A stretch of 56,526 nucleotides of DNA from a virus (IMGVR_UViG_3300036785_000842:1-56526), one strand, 5' to 3'; numbered from the stretch's first letter, positions 8,856 to 17,375 are shown. Notes: generated by a model from the letters alone, not told the origin. Numbers and translations are program-made.

Positions 8856-9567
8856 GCAGAATTCTCCCTTGCATGGCTTTGGTGCCGACCGTGACTTTCG
8901 ACTGCAGGACATAGCTGCGATCCAGCCGCCGCGCCCATTCCAGCGGATCGAGCCGCCAGCGATGCCGACGCTTGACGGCCTCGGCGGCCTCGGGTCCGGA
9001 TCGCGCCCATCGCGGCGCTTCTGGATCGGTCGAATTGCCGGTTACCCCATTGACGCGACTGCAAGCGCTCTCGTTGACGACAATCAGGAAATCCGCTTTG
9101 GGCGCCTCGCGGGCGATGCGAGCCAGCACCTCGTCGCCGTGATCCTTTGGCCCATTCGGGTCGTTCAAAACCAATGCATAGGCGTAATCCGCGAACCGAA
9201 CCGGCCAGTTCAGCAAGGCCTTGTGGTTGCCCCCAACATGCGCGGCGTGACCTTCCTCGGTGAGCCGCTTGATCAGGGCCCTGCGTGCTTCCGGCGATTT
9301 CTCGAAGAGGACCAGGTCACAGACGATCTTACGTCGGGCAAACCTCGCCGCCGCATCGATCGCCACAAATGGGGTGGCCCTGCTTTCCTCCCCGCGCCAA
9401 AAATCCCGCTGACGTGCCTGTGCCCCGGCTGCATCTCCGGCGTGCATGTCGACGATCAGTACCCGATCACCCGGCCGCAGGAAGATGAATGCTATAGCGA
9501 CCTGGATCCCCGCCAACTCTTTGAGCAGATCGTGCTTTATATGCGATAGGAGATTGATCCCTTTCAC
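8686..9567 (-). CDS. tcmP: three-Cys-motif partner protein (TcmP-like, SAM-MTase-like fold)
   Basis: KHDLL, IVDMHAG, LFEKS, LNDPNG motifs and adjacency to DUF5131. Confidence 0.7.
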   Translation of the reverse strand: MKGINLLSHIKHDLLKELAGIQVAIAFIFLRPGDRVLIVDMHAGDAAGAQARQRDFWRGEESRATPFVAIDAAARFARRKIVCDLVLFEKSPEARRALIKRLTEEGHAAHVGGNHKALLNWPVRFADYAYALVLNDPNGPKDHGDEVLARIAREAPKADFLIVVNESACSRVNGVTGNSTDPEAPRWARSGPEAAEAVKRRHRWRLDPLEWARRLDRSYVLQSKVTVGTKAMQGRILLVTNFIPERPPANFIRHAISPGMARGGSPQSASRQSAARRAHRRHRGDSSGPGLGV

Positions 9568-9585
9568 GGCACCTCTCCCGTGTCG

Positions 9586-10095
9586 CTATGCAGCCTCGTC
9601 CTCGACGAGCTCCTCGACCTCCTCGAGCAATTCATCGGGTGGCACCGGCACGACGTCATCCTCGATTAGCGCCACAGCCTGTGGCGCTAACGGCAGCCCG
9701 GCGCTATTGAGCAGGGTCAGCGGCTCGATCAGGTGCACCGCGCGGCCGCGGCCGGGGACCGGTTCGAACCACACCGGAAACTCACCGATCCGGCAGGTCA
9801 TGCCGAATTCGCGCAGTAGCATCGCGACCGCCGCACGGTGTGGCGCTGCCGAGGGCTTGCCGCGGCTGACCGCCAGATGGCGGACGAGCCCCCAGCCAGG
9901 GGCGTCCTCAAAGCAGAACGCGACCAGGTAATCCTCGGCCATCACCACGCAGCGCTGGATGTCGAGGGCGACGCTCTTGCCATGCCGCAATTGCCGGATC
10001 TGCCGCTCGACCGCTGCGCGCTGCAGCGGTGCCCCTGCGGCGCGCCGGATCAGCCCGGCGATCTGCCGCTGCGCCTTAAGATCAAGGATCAGCAT
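9586..10095 (-). CDS. hypothetical protein
   Basis: Operon-coupled ORF; RHLAVS motif, acidic tail. Confidence 0.65.
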   Translation of the reverse strand: MLILDLKAQRQIAGLIRRAAGAPLQRAAVERQIRQLRHGKSVALDIQRCVVMAEDYLVAFCFEDAPGWGLVRHLAVSRGKPSAAPHRAAVAMLLREFGMTCRIGEFPVWFEPVPGRGRAVHLIEPLTLLNSAGLPLAPQAVALIEDDVVPVPPDELLEEVEELVEDEAA

Positions 10096-10333
10096 CGCCG
10101 AAGCTCAGCCTCTCCGCAGCCGCCGCTGATGCACGGTTGACCGCGGCCTGCATGCGGTCAAAGCCGATGTCGCTGAGGATGATCTCGACTTGGATGACGC
10201 CGTCAGGGGTGATCCCGCGCACCCTCGCCATCTCGCCGGCGATCAGGCGGTCGAAGTCCTCCGCGCCGAGTGCCACGCGCACCACCTGGCCGTGGTCGAT
10301 TGCCTGGCCGCGCGAGGCCCAGGCGGCACTCAC
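10082..10333 (-). CDS. hypothetical protein
   Basis: Overlapping start/stop with both neighbours. Confidence 0.6.
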   Translation of the reverse strand: MSAAWASRGQAIDHGQVVRVALGAEDFDRLIAGEMARVRGITPDGVIQVEIILSDIGFDRMQAAVNRASAAAAERLSFGDADP

Positions 10334-10587
10334 TCGTCACCCCAGCGATAGAGTGCCAGGTGCTGGTTGCGCCAGGCAACCATCCGGTCGGCGAGCTCGA
10401 GCGCCTCGCGGCTCTTTTCCGGCTCGTGCATGGCGAACGAAGTGACCAGCTGGACCCACAGGCGCACAGCCACCGCTGCGGCGGGATCTTTGGCACGCAA
10501 TACAAAGATCGGTTCGTCGCCGGCGGCCCGACCGAGGCAGCCCTCACCCTTTGCCAGAAGAGCGAGCTCCTCGTCTTTGGTCGCCAC
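10330..10587 (-). CDS. conserved phage protein (DEPIFVLRAxD type)
   Basis: GDEPIFVLRAKDPAAAVAVRLW motif common in phage early regions. Confidence 0.65.
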   Translation of the reverse strand: MATKDEELALLAKGEGCLGRAAGDEPIFVLRAKDPAAAVAVRLWVQLVTSFAMHEPEKSREALELADRMVAWRNQHLALYRWGDE

Positions 10588-10594
10588 GGCGAGC

Positions 10595-10822
10595 CTATGT
10601 CCGCGGCGTGCCGTCCGCGGTGCGGAGCACTGTGACGTTGCTCCACATCGCGCAGTCGCGCAGTTGGCGCAGCACATAGGTCTTGTCGGGACCGTCGGGC
10701 AAGACGCCGTCGAGGTATGTGACGAAGTCGGCAAAGCGCGCGCGCATGTCGTCCATCACGTCTGATTGGCTCTGGGTCGGTGTGATGTATTCGACGAAGG
10801 TGGAAGCGTGCAGCGCCATCAC
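10595..10822 (-). CDS. Acb2/Tad1-like helical-hairpin protein (candidate cyclic-nucleotide sponge)
   Basis: Y..PT..Q...M..R..F...L...PDG.DK...LRQL.DC.MW.N..V.R resembles the Acb2-type pattern; 75 aa. Confidence 0.55.
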   Translation of the reverse strand: MMALHASTFVEYITPTQSQSDVMDDMRARFADFVTYLDGVLPDGPDKTYVLRQLRDCAMWSNVTVLRTADGTPRT

Positions 10823-11046
10823 TTTGTCTCCTCGCTGGGGTTGGTTTGCGTGCCGGGATCCGCCGGCCGTGGGAGCGCCGGCTCGTCCGCTCGGCCACCT
10901 GGTCGGGGGTGACCGAGCGCCATCCCGGCACGCAACTGCTGCGCGGAGGGCCGCCGATGCCGTTGGCCACCGGTACGCTGGCTGCGCAAATAAGGGACCG
11001 ACAGGTGATACTGCCGATCACCGACGATCGAGCCGGGCCTGGCCAT
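10819..11046 (-). CDS. hypothetical protein
   Basis: Fills the operon gap with coupled stop/start; low complexity. Confidence 0.4.
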   Translation of the reverse strand: MARPGSIVGDRQYHLSVPYLRSQRTGGQRHRRPSAQQLRAGMALGHPRPGGRADEPALPRPADPGTQTNPSEETK

Positions 11047-11050
11047 GGGT

Positions 11051-11401
11051 TTAACCCTCCAATATCAGTCGGGCGAATTCGGGCCCGACCTCGGTTTCCA
11101 ATTTCACGGTTTCGGCGAGCGCCGCGGCCAATAGCGACGGCGGGCGCTCGCTGAGATTGCGCAGCAGATCACGCGCCGAAAGCCCGCGCTGCAGACAATC
11201 GCGACTGGCCATGATGCACATGTCGTGGATCAGCGCGTCGAATGGCGCGCCGGCGCGGCCCGAGCTGTCGAGAAAGATTTCCCGCACTCGTCCCTGGTGA
11301 TCAAAGCCGGTGGTGAAATGCCAGTACTGGCCACTCAGCGGATCGGCCAGGCGGTTGGTGAGGATCGGCCGCCGCGTTGGCAGCCGCAGTCGGTCAGACA
11401 T
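11051..11401 (-). CDS. TSCPD-domain (NrdJ C-terminal-like) protein
   Basis: RLRLPTRR...TTGF...GRVREIFL...G...DAL..D...AS..LQRG; SD AAAGGGGG. Confidence 0.7.
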   Translation of the reverse strand: MSDRLRLPTRRPILTNRLADPLSGQYWHFTTGFDHQGRVREIFLDSSGRAGAPFDALIHDMCIMASRDCLQRGLSARDLLRNLSERPPSLLAAALAETVKLETEVGPEFARLILEG

Positions 11402-11866
11402 AAGGTTCCCCCTTTCCCCCGCAATACCATTTGCAGAGGCTTACCAGAGCAAGCGGAACCGTGATGGCGCGGCCGGCCGCATTGGGAGCCGCGCGCACAC
11501 CCAGTCGGGTCCGCAAAATCAGCGCCTGTCAAGCACCAATTTAATAAAATTTGTGCACTGAATTATCGCGGGATCGTCCACCAGATTATCCACAGCAGCC
11601 CGCAACCCCCACCCCACGTCAAAGCGCTGTGAAAAAATCGTGATATCGTGAAAAATCTCGTTGGTTAACGTAAACCTCTTGACAGACGGGCGCTTGCGGG
11701 ACTGCGATTGTGACAGAAAAACGGCGGCAAACACCCCAAACCCACTACCGTAAGTTGCTGCCAAGCCGTACAAAATGGCTTTTCGGTGGGGCAATTGATG
11801 ACACCGTGCCGCGTGGCCGATTCCGTTTTGACGACCGAGGGTTAAAGAGCGCAGAAGGATTTCGGG
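11402..11866. promoter_or_regulatory. divergent early control region
   Basis: AT-richer non-coding gap between the leftward replication operon and the rightward xis/int operon; TTGACA on both strands (11527-11532 minus, 11679-11684 plus, approximate). Confidence 0.6.
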
Positions 11867-12235
11867 ATGAGCGAGCTCGAAAACTATTTCCGCGACCGTT
11901 CGCTCGATGACGACCCCAACGCCGGCGCCTATGCGCTCGCCTACGCCGTGCTGCGCTTGTCGGGCTCATTGGACGGGCTCGGCAAGACGTTTGCGCCGCG
12001 CGGACTGGGAACCTTTGACAGCGATTATTTTCTGGTCCGCCTGGCGCGCCGGCTCGACGAGCTCGCAAAGCAGCTCGGCAGCGAGCCATTGGCCGCACTC
12101 GCCACACGGCTGTTGCAGCAAGAGGGCGCCCTCGATCCACCCGAGGCCGCCGAATTTTTGGCTAAGCGACGTCAGCGCAAACCCGCTCGGATCAAGGAAC
12201 CTGACCCTGAGGAGACCGACCCTGATGGAACGTGA
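11867..12235 (+). CDS. hypothetical protein
   Basis: SD GAAGGA; first gene of the rightward operon. Confidence 0.65.
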   Translation: MSELENYFRDRSLDDDPNAGAYALAYAVLRLSGSLDGLGKTFAPRGLGTFDSDYFLVRLARRLDELAKQLGSEPLAALATRLLQQEGALDPPEAAEFLAKRRQRKPARIKEPDPEETDPDGT

Positions 12236-12551
12236 GAACAATTGGCAGCGCGGCGCCGGCGGGTCGACCAGGACCGACAAGCCCGCGGGCCCGTATCTGA
12301 GCCTTGAGGAAGTCGGCCAACGGCTCGGCGGGCTCAAGGAAAGCACCGTCAAGCTGCGCATCCGCGAGGCCGGCATCCGGCCGGTGCGCCCCGGCCGCAC
12401 CCCTTATCTGCACGAGGACGACGTCGAACAGCTGATCGAGGCGACGCGCGAACGCGCCTTCGACCCGAAGCTCACAGCCAAACAGCAGCGGCAAAAACGC
12501 CAATTGAGGGGGCCGCGCCGGCCGCGAACCATGGCTCCAGCCGCGACATAG
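12225..12551 (+). CDS. excisionase-like HTH DNA-binding protein
   Basis: YLSLEEVGQRLGG.KESTVK.RIRE.GI.PVR.GR...L...DVE.LI; SD GAGGAG; directly upstream of the integrase. Confidence 0.75.
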   Translation: MERENNWQRGAGGSTRTDKPAGPYLSLEEVGQRLGGLKESTVKLRIREAGIRPVRPGRTPYLHEDDVEQLIEATRERAFDPKLTAKQQRQKRQLRGPRRPRTMAPAAT

Positions 12552-12616
12552 CCTATTGTAGGCTAGTCAATATGAGGCTATATAGGGCGCGGGGCAGCGA
12601 CCCCGAGGAGAACCCC

Positions 12617-13684
12617 TTGGCACTCAAGCTCGTACCGCCCGGCACCCGCGGCAACAAATTCTGGATCGCCTACGGCCGGCACAACGACAAGGTCGTGTCG
12701 ATGTCGACCGGCCAATTGCAGCGAACCCGGGCCGAGGCCTGGCTGCGCCAGCAGCTCAAGCCGGGCGGGGCCCTCTGGGAGCGCGCGGTCGACGCCCAGC
12801 GCAATTTTGCCGCGGCGGCCGAGGCCTATGCGCTGGCCAAGGACATCGATCTGGCCCTGCCGCAGGGCAGCAAAGAGCGCGCCGCGGCGCGCGACATCAA
12901 CCGGCTGATCGAGGTCCTCGGCCACCGCCAGGTGGCGCAGATCAACGAATTCGATCTGCACCAGGCGGCCAAAGAGATCTTCCCGACCCAGCAGGCCGAG
13001 ACGCGCAACCGGCATGCGCTCAAACCGGCCCTGGCAATCCTCCACAAGGCGACCAAAGCGTGGAAACTGCAGCGCATCGAGGCCGCGATGTTCCCCGAGA
13101 AAGCGCCGGCGACCCGTGCGGTGGCGCTGGAGATCGACGAGCTCTTGTTACGGGCGATCCCGGCCGGCGCCCGCGCCTCGGCACCCGGTTCCTCGGTGGC
13201 ATTGCGGCGGCTGGCGGTGCTGTGGTTTCTGCGCCAGGGGACGCGGATCAGCGACACCTTGCAGATCACCTGGTCCGACATCGATCTCGACCCGGCTCGC
13301 GAGACCTGCCGCCTCCTGGTCGGCAAGACCCAAAGGTGGCGCGAGACCGCACTCGACCCCGATGTCGCCGAGGCGTTGCGGGCGATCCCCGAGGACCAGC
13401 GCCAGGGTCCGCTCTTCCCGTGGCGGCAAAAGAGCGGTGTCTATCGCTGGCTGCGCCCGCTGGTCCGCGAGCTCGGGATCCAATTCACCCCGCACCAGGG
13501 GCGCCACACCCTCGGCAAGCGCTTGAACGATGCCGGTGCCGGGCTGCGCACGATCATGGAGGCGCTGGGGCACGCCGATGTCAAATCGTCGCTGCGCTAC
13601 CAGGCCGGCGACATCGCGATCGTGCGCCTGGCACTGCACAACCTGGCGGCCAAGCGGGCCCAGGGTCGGACAGGTGCGGCATGA
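12617..13684 (+). CDS. int: tyrosine recombinase / phage integrase
   Basis: Catalytic set GTRISD (R), K, HQGRH, LGH, SSLRY; TTG start after SD GAGGAG. Confidence 0.92.
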   Translation: MALKLVPPGTRGNKFWIAYGRHNDKVVSMSTGQLQRTRAEAWLRQQLKPGGALWERAVDAQRNFAAAAEAYALAKDIDLALPQGSKERAAARDINRLIEVLGHRQVAQINEFDLHQAAKEIFPTQQAETRNRHALKPALAILHKATKAWKLQRIEAAMFPEKAPATRAVALEIDELLLRAIPAGARASAPGSSVALRRLAVLWFLRQGTRISDTLQITWSDIDLDPARETCRLLVGKTQRWRETALDPDVAEALRAIPEDQRQGPLFPWRQKSGVYRWLRPLVRELGIQFTPHQGRHTLGKRLNDAGAGLRTIMEALGHADVKSSLRYQAGDIAIVRLALHNLAAKRAQGRTGAA

Positions 13685-13998
13685 CCGAGGCTGCGCTGTT
13701 CCGCGCCGGGCGCAAGGCGCTCGGGCTCGGCACTCCCCTGATGGCGCGCGCCCTGGCACTGAGCGGCGGCAATGTCGTGCGCGGCTGGGAAAGAGGCGCG
13801 CACGCGGTCCCCGGCCCGGCCTGGACCGCGCTTTATTTCATGCTGGCGACGAGCGGCCACATCGAGCTCTCCGATCAGCTGCGTGCGGGGCCGCTCGCGG
13901 GGGCCTGGGACAATTTCCCCTGGCCGAAAGACCCCCGACACCCGCCGCCGCAGATTCCGTTGACGCCGGACGCAGTTCGCCGGCGGCAACGCACGTGA
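13681..13998 (+). CDS. XRE-family HTH protein
   Basis: FRAGRKALGL...MARAL.L...VRGWERG...VPGP; ATGA overlap with int. Confidence 0.75.
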   Translation: MTEAALFRAGRKALGLGTPLMARALALSGGNVVRGWERGAHAVPGPAWTALYFMLATSGHIELSDQLRAGPLAGAWDNFPWPKDPRHPPPQIPLTPDAVRRRQRT

Positions 13999-14300
13999 AC
14001 AGTCGAGATCACGCGGCGCGGCTCAGATGGGCCCATGGTGTGGCCCGCCTCCTCGTTCAGCAATGCTTTCGCCAGAACACGAGCCTGGAGGGCCTGCACA
14101 CAGAAGGGAAGATCAGCCAGGACGAGATGCGCCGGCTGATGATCGACAGCGTCGACAACGTGTTCACGTTTCTGTCGCTGCCCGACGAGGTCGTCGCCGC
14201 TTTCCCCGAGCCGGACTGGCAATTACCCAAAATCAACCGGCCGTTGCTGGAGGCCTGGGTCCGCCTCGCCTCCATGATAAGGAAAAGGAAAATCAAATGA
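13995..14300 (+). CDS. hypothetical protein
   Basis: GTGA coupling; CFRQNTSLEGLH..KISQDEMRRLMID.VD. Confidence 0.65.
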   Translation: MNSRDHAARLRWAHGVARLLVQQCFRQNTSLEGLHTEGKISQDEMRRLMIDSVDNVFTFLSLPDEVVAAFPEPDWQLPKINRPLLEAWVRLASMIRKRKIK

Positions 14301-14734
14301 ACCAACACGCGATATTCGCTTTGGCGCATCCGGTGTTCGACCCGGAGCGGCAGATTGTCGGCCGTCATTACTGGCTCGAGGACCGCACCGTCAGCGCCTG
14401 CCTGACCGTCAACATCGGCATGGAGTGAGCGCGCTATGCAGGGGGCCGTCCGCTCTGGCAGCTGAGCCTCGCGGCTCACACGCCCGAGGGTCCCCTGCCG
14501 GTGCTCCGTTGGAGCCCGACGCGCCGCCGCCGCATGGAGCGGATCAGGGACCGGATCTTTTTGGGGCTCGGCACCGACGAGCCGCTGTTTGAGGAGGTTC
14601 TGCCCGACGAGCTGGCGATCGCGCGGTTTGGTCACCTGCCGATCTCGGTGAATTGGCGCCGGCCGCTGTCGCTCGCCGAGGTCAATCGGATGGCGCCGAC
14701 CGAGGCGGTGCGCCAACGCCGAGGACGAACATAA
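14297..14734 (+). pseudogene. phage protein interrupted by a single in-frame TGA (pseudogene or readthrough)
   Basis: MNQHAIF...NIGME*ARYAGGRPLWQLSLAAH... continues in the same frame to 14734; TGA at 14426-14428. Confidence 0.6.
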
Positions 14735-14813
14735 AATGGCGTAGAGCTGGAGCAAAAGATCGCCGCGACGCGACAAAGCGGTGAACTCTGATTCACCACC
14801 TAGGGGTCTATCC

Positions 14814-15146
14814 ATGCCAGGCTTGAGCAAACGCGCCCGCCCTGCTTCGCTAAAGCTTCGAAGGGCGAAAGGTGCCGGGACGCCGGCCGATGCCGCAAAC
14901 ATGCTCAAAACCGCCGATGCGGTGGATGATCTGTTGGCCGCGCTCGATCGTGCTGCAGAGGCGTTCCATACGGATCCGGGGACGCTGACCGAATTGATGT
15001 TCGCCCAGGCCGGCTTCTGGAAAGAGGCAGATCAAATCCGCTCGACCATTGCCGCTTTGCCCGCGTTTCGCGACGCATTGCGGGCAAGTGCCGCGCGCAT
15101 CATCGCCGGAAAAGACGGAGGGAAAATCGAAGGACCACCCAAATGA
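14814..15146 (+). CDS. hypothetical protein
   Basis: Helical ORF; contains an in-frame palindromic element (ASLKLRRA). Confidence 0.6.
   Translation: MPGLSKRARPASLKLRRAKGAGTPADAANMLKTADAVDDLLAALDRAAEAFHTDPGTLTELMFAQAGFWKEADQIRSTIAALPAFRDALRASAARIIAGKDGGKIEGPPK
14841..14866 (+). repeat. REP-like palindromic element family B (GCTTCGCTAAAGCTTCG); other copies 15733-15760, 22497-22522 (variant), 22551-22577
   Basis: Direct sequence match between copies. Confidence 0.75.
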
Positions 15147-15165
15147 AACACAGGGAAAAATCCGC

Positions 15166-15498
15166 ATGAACCATTATTTATTGACCTTGGTCCTGGGCCC
15201 GACAAGTCATCCGCGAAGTTATCTGCATACATATCTGATGTGTGCGGAAGACGAGGATCGGCAAGTCGCTGCCGTCAGTGAGAAAATGTTGGATGTGGCT
15301 GAGGAGCATGGTGGTTGTTTGCTGCCGCTAATCCTAGCGACCAAACTTTCCTCCGGCAGCTCATTGGTTCGCAAAATATTGTGCGAGCGCAACGAGGAAG
15401 CGCGGCGGCTGATGGCCGTCGCTAAGGACTATCATCTCGCGATGTTTACGATGACGGATGACGATCCTGACAACGCAAAGCTGATGGCGTTGCATTGA
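15166..15498 (+). CDS. hypothetical protein (lower GC)
   Basis: ORF with SD-like AGGGA; more AT-rich codons than its neighbours. Confidence 0.6.
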   Translation: MNHYLLTLVLGPTSHPRSYLHTYLMCAEDEDRQVAAVSEKMLDVAEEHGGCLLPLILATKLSSGSSLVRKILCERNEEARRLMAVAKDYHLAMFTMTDDDPDNAKLMALH

Positions 15499-15713
15499 CC
15501 AAAGAAACGAGCGACGGCGCTGAGTTCGGCCGATGGCCGACTTATCCCAAATGTCCCGACTGCGGCGCCAACACGTGGCAGCTCGGCCCGCTCGCCCGCG
15601 CGTTCGGCGACGACGGTGCGGAGATCGGCCTCTTCTGCACCGATTGCGACGGCCGGTTTAGCGTCCTGATCTTTCGGCCACTGGCAATCCGCAGGCTAAA
15701 GGGCGTCCGATAG
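15495..15713 (+). CDS. zinc-ribbon protein
   Basis: CPDCG...CTDC; paralogue at 22847. Confidence 0.7.
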   Translation: MTKETSDGAEFGRWPTYPKCPDCGANTWQLGPLARAFGDDGAEIGLFCTDCDGRFSVLIFRPLAIRRLKGVR

Positions 15714-15767
15714 GTGATGTTGAAAGCGGCGGCCCTGCTTCGCTAAAGCTTCGAAGGGGCACGAAGG

Positions 15768-15932
15768 ATGCTTGATTACCTGCTGGGTGCGGCCCTGACG
15801 GTATGGCTGATCGGCCGCGGTCAGCATCATCGCTGGCCGGCGTGGAATCGACACATCCCCGGTTCAACCGGCCTCGATTGGCTTGATGTGATCGTGTTTG
15901 GCACGATCTTTTTAATCTGGTTCGCGGCCTAG
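15768..15932 (+). CDS. small two-TM membrane protein
   Basis: MLDYLLGAALTVWLIGRG...WLDVIVFGTIFLIWFAA read by hand. Confidence 0.5.
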   Translation: MLDYLLGAALTVWLIGRGQHHRWPAWNRHIPGSTGLDWLDVIVFGTIFLIWFAA

Positions 15933-16131
15933 AATAGGTGACCTCCGGGTCACCCCCTGAAAGCTGTGGAGTTCGCGGAAGCTGTTGCCTGTCAGCGAGT
16001 GCCGGCAACCATCGGAACCCGGAACAACTCAAAACGGCCAGGATGCAGGACCAACCTCGGCAAATGCAAACTTCCTCACCGAGTCGGAGTGGCGCCCGAT
16101 CCGCGAAACTACAAATGTCACGCCGGGCCTG

Positions 16132-16857
16132 TCAACGCCAGGCCTGGCGCTTGTCGAGGCGCCGGTCGATCTCGCTAGCGATGCCGGCCCCCGGCGAGGA
16201 CTGCGAAGACTTCTTTTTGCCGGGTGCGGCGATGACACGCTCGCCTTTATGGAGCAGATGCGGGCCGGTCTTTGTGACCCTGCCACCGCTCTTCATCGAG
16301 GGTATGCGCGGCGGTGCTGCGGCGGCCATCTGCGTCGCCTGGTTCGGGCTCATCATCGGCACGCTGCCCGGGGCACCCTGCGGCACCGCATTCATGTCGA
16401 TCGTTGGTGCAGCCCCCCGCGGCGGTGCGGCTGCGGCCAGCTGCATCGCCTGGTTCGGGCTCATCATCGGCATGCTGCCCGGGGCACCCTGCGGCACCGC
16501 ATTCATGTCGATCGTTGGTGCAGCCCCCAAGGGGGGTGCGGCGGCGGCCATCTGCATCGCCTGGTTCGGGCTCATCATCGGCATGCTGCCCGGGGCACCC
16601 TGCGGCACCGCATTCATGTCGATCGTTGGTGCAGCCCCCAAGGGCGGTGCGGCGGCGGCCATCCGCATCGCCTGGCTTGGGCTCATCATCGGCATGCTGC
16701 CCGCCGCACCCTGCGGCACGGCATTCATGTTGATGCCCGGCGCGGCGGCACCACCGGCGATTTGCCCAGCGGCCATTTGCCGGGCCTGCGGCTGCAGCAT
16801 CATCTGCTCCATCAGATACTGCAAAAGCTGGGGAGGTATTTGGCGTGTTTCGCTCAT
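16132..16857 (-). CDS. Met/Pro/Ala-rich repeat protein with GGxVxxTGxxxLHxGExV motif
   Basis: Four 37-aa repeats, then MKSGGRVTKTGPHLLHKGERVI and tail IASEIDRRLDKRQAWR. Confidence 0.75.
   Translation of the reverse strand: MSETRQIPPQLLQYLMEQMMLQPQARQMAAGQIAGGAAAPGINMNAVPQGAAGSMPMMSPSQAMRMAAAAPPLGAAPTIDMNAVPQGAPGSMPMMSPNQAMQMAAAAPPLGAAPTIDMNAVPQGAPGSMPMMSPNQAMQLAAAAPPRGAAPTIDMNAVPQGAPGSVPMMSPNQATQMAAAAPPRIPSMKSGGRVTKTGPHLLHKGERVIAAPGKKKSSQSSPGAGIASEIDRRLDKRQAWR
16305..16735. repeat. 111-bp coding tandem repeat, about 4 copies
   Basis: Unit encodes IDMNAVPQGAPGSMPMMSPNQAMQMAAAAPPLGAAPT; period is a multiple of 3. Confidence 0.9.
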
Positions 16858-16867
16858 CAGCGGGGCC

Positions 16868-17041
16868 TCAGCGCACCGGCAGGAGCTCGCGGCCAAAGAC
16901 CGCCAGCCCGAGGCAAACAAACAGCACCAGATAAATGACATGGGCTGACCACGGCGGGGCGCGATCGCCCCAGGCGCCCCACGGCGGCCCGATCACAAAC
17001 ATCAGGATGAGCAGCACCCAGAACAGGATTTGTATGACCAC
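16868..17041 (-). CDS. small two-TM membrane protein (holin candidate)
   Basis: IQILFWVLLILMFVIG...VIYLVLFVCLGLAVFG. Confidence 0.6.
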   Translation of the reverse strand: MVIQILFWVLLILMFVIGPPWGAWGDRAPPWSAHVIYLVLFVCLGLAVFGRELLPVR

Positions 17042-17107
17042 CGGCCGATCCTCGCTCTCCATTAGTCGAATGGTTAATCCCGCGACAAGCGTGAGCCCGC
17101 CGCAGCC

Positions 17108-17375
17108 GTGGCGAAGGGGGGCGTAGCGAAACTGTAGCGAAGAATTTCCAAGTCCTTGATATAAGACACCTTTTAGGCTCTTGCGGCGGCCCTCCGAAGG
17201 CAGAGGTCGTGAGTTCGAATCTCGCCGGGTGCGCCACCCTAAAACCTTCTGATATATAAGCTTTTTTGGGTTTGTCGGGAGGATTTTTGCGGGTGAACAA
17301 AGCGCAAACAAAAGTGCGAACAACCAGCGAACATCGATCAAAAATGTAGCGAAAACGTAGCGAAGAACCACGAAC
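17108..17375 (+). mobile_element. attP region: core = 3' part of tRNA-Arg(CCG) (about 17189-17236), with arm-type repeats and IHF site
   Basis: GCCCTCCGAAGGCAGAGGTCGTGAGTTCGAATCTCGCCGGGTGCGCCA has anticodon loop CCG, T-arm and CCA but no 5' half. GTAGCGAA pairs at 17123/17134 and 17346/17357; IHF consensus TATCAAGGACTTG (minus, 17149-17161). Confidence 0.85.

Noticed and set aside
11051-11401. Functional ribonucleotide reductase
   Set aside because: Only the small TSCPD-like domain is present; no catalytic subunit.
14426-14428. Genome-wide stop-codon reassignment
   Set aside because: TGA terminates many genes normally (ATGA/GTGA overlaps); only one internal case and no suppressor tRNA.
16305-16735. 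CRISPR array
   Set aside because: Whole 111-bp units repeat with no unique spacers, in frame within a CDS; no cas genes.
17161-17236. Complete tRNA-Arg gene
   Set aside because: No acceptor 5' strand or D-arm upstream of the anticodon stem; interpreted as attP core.
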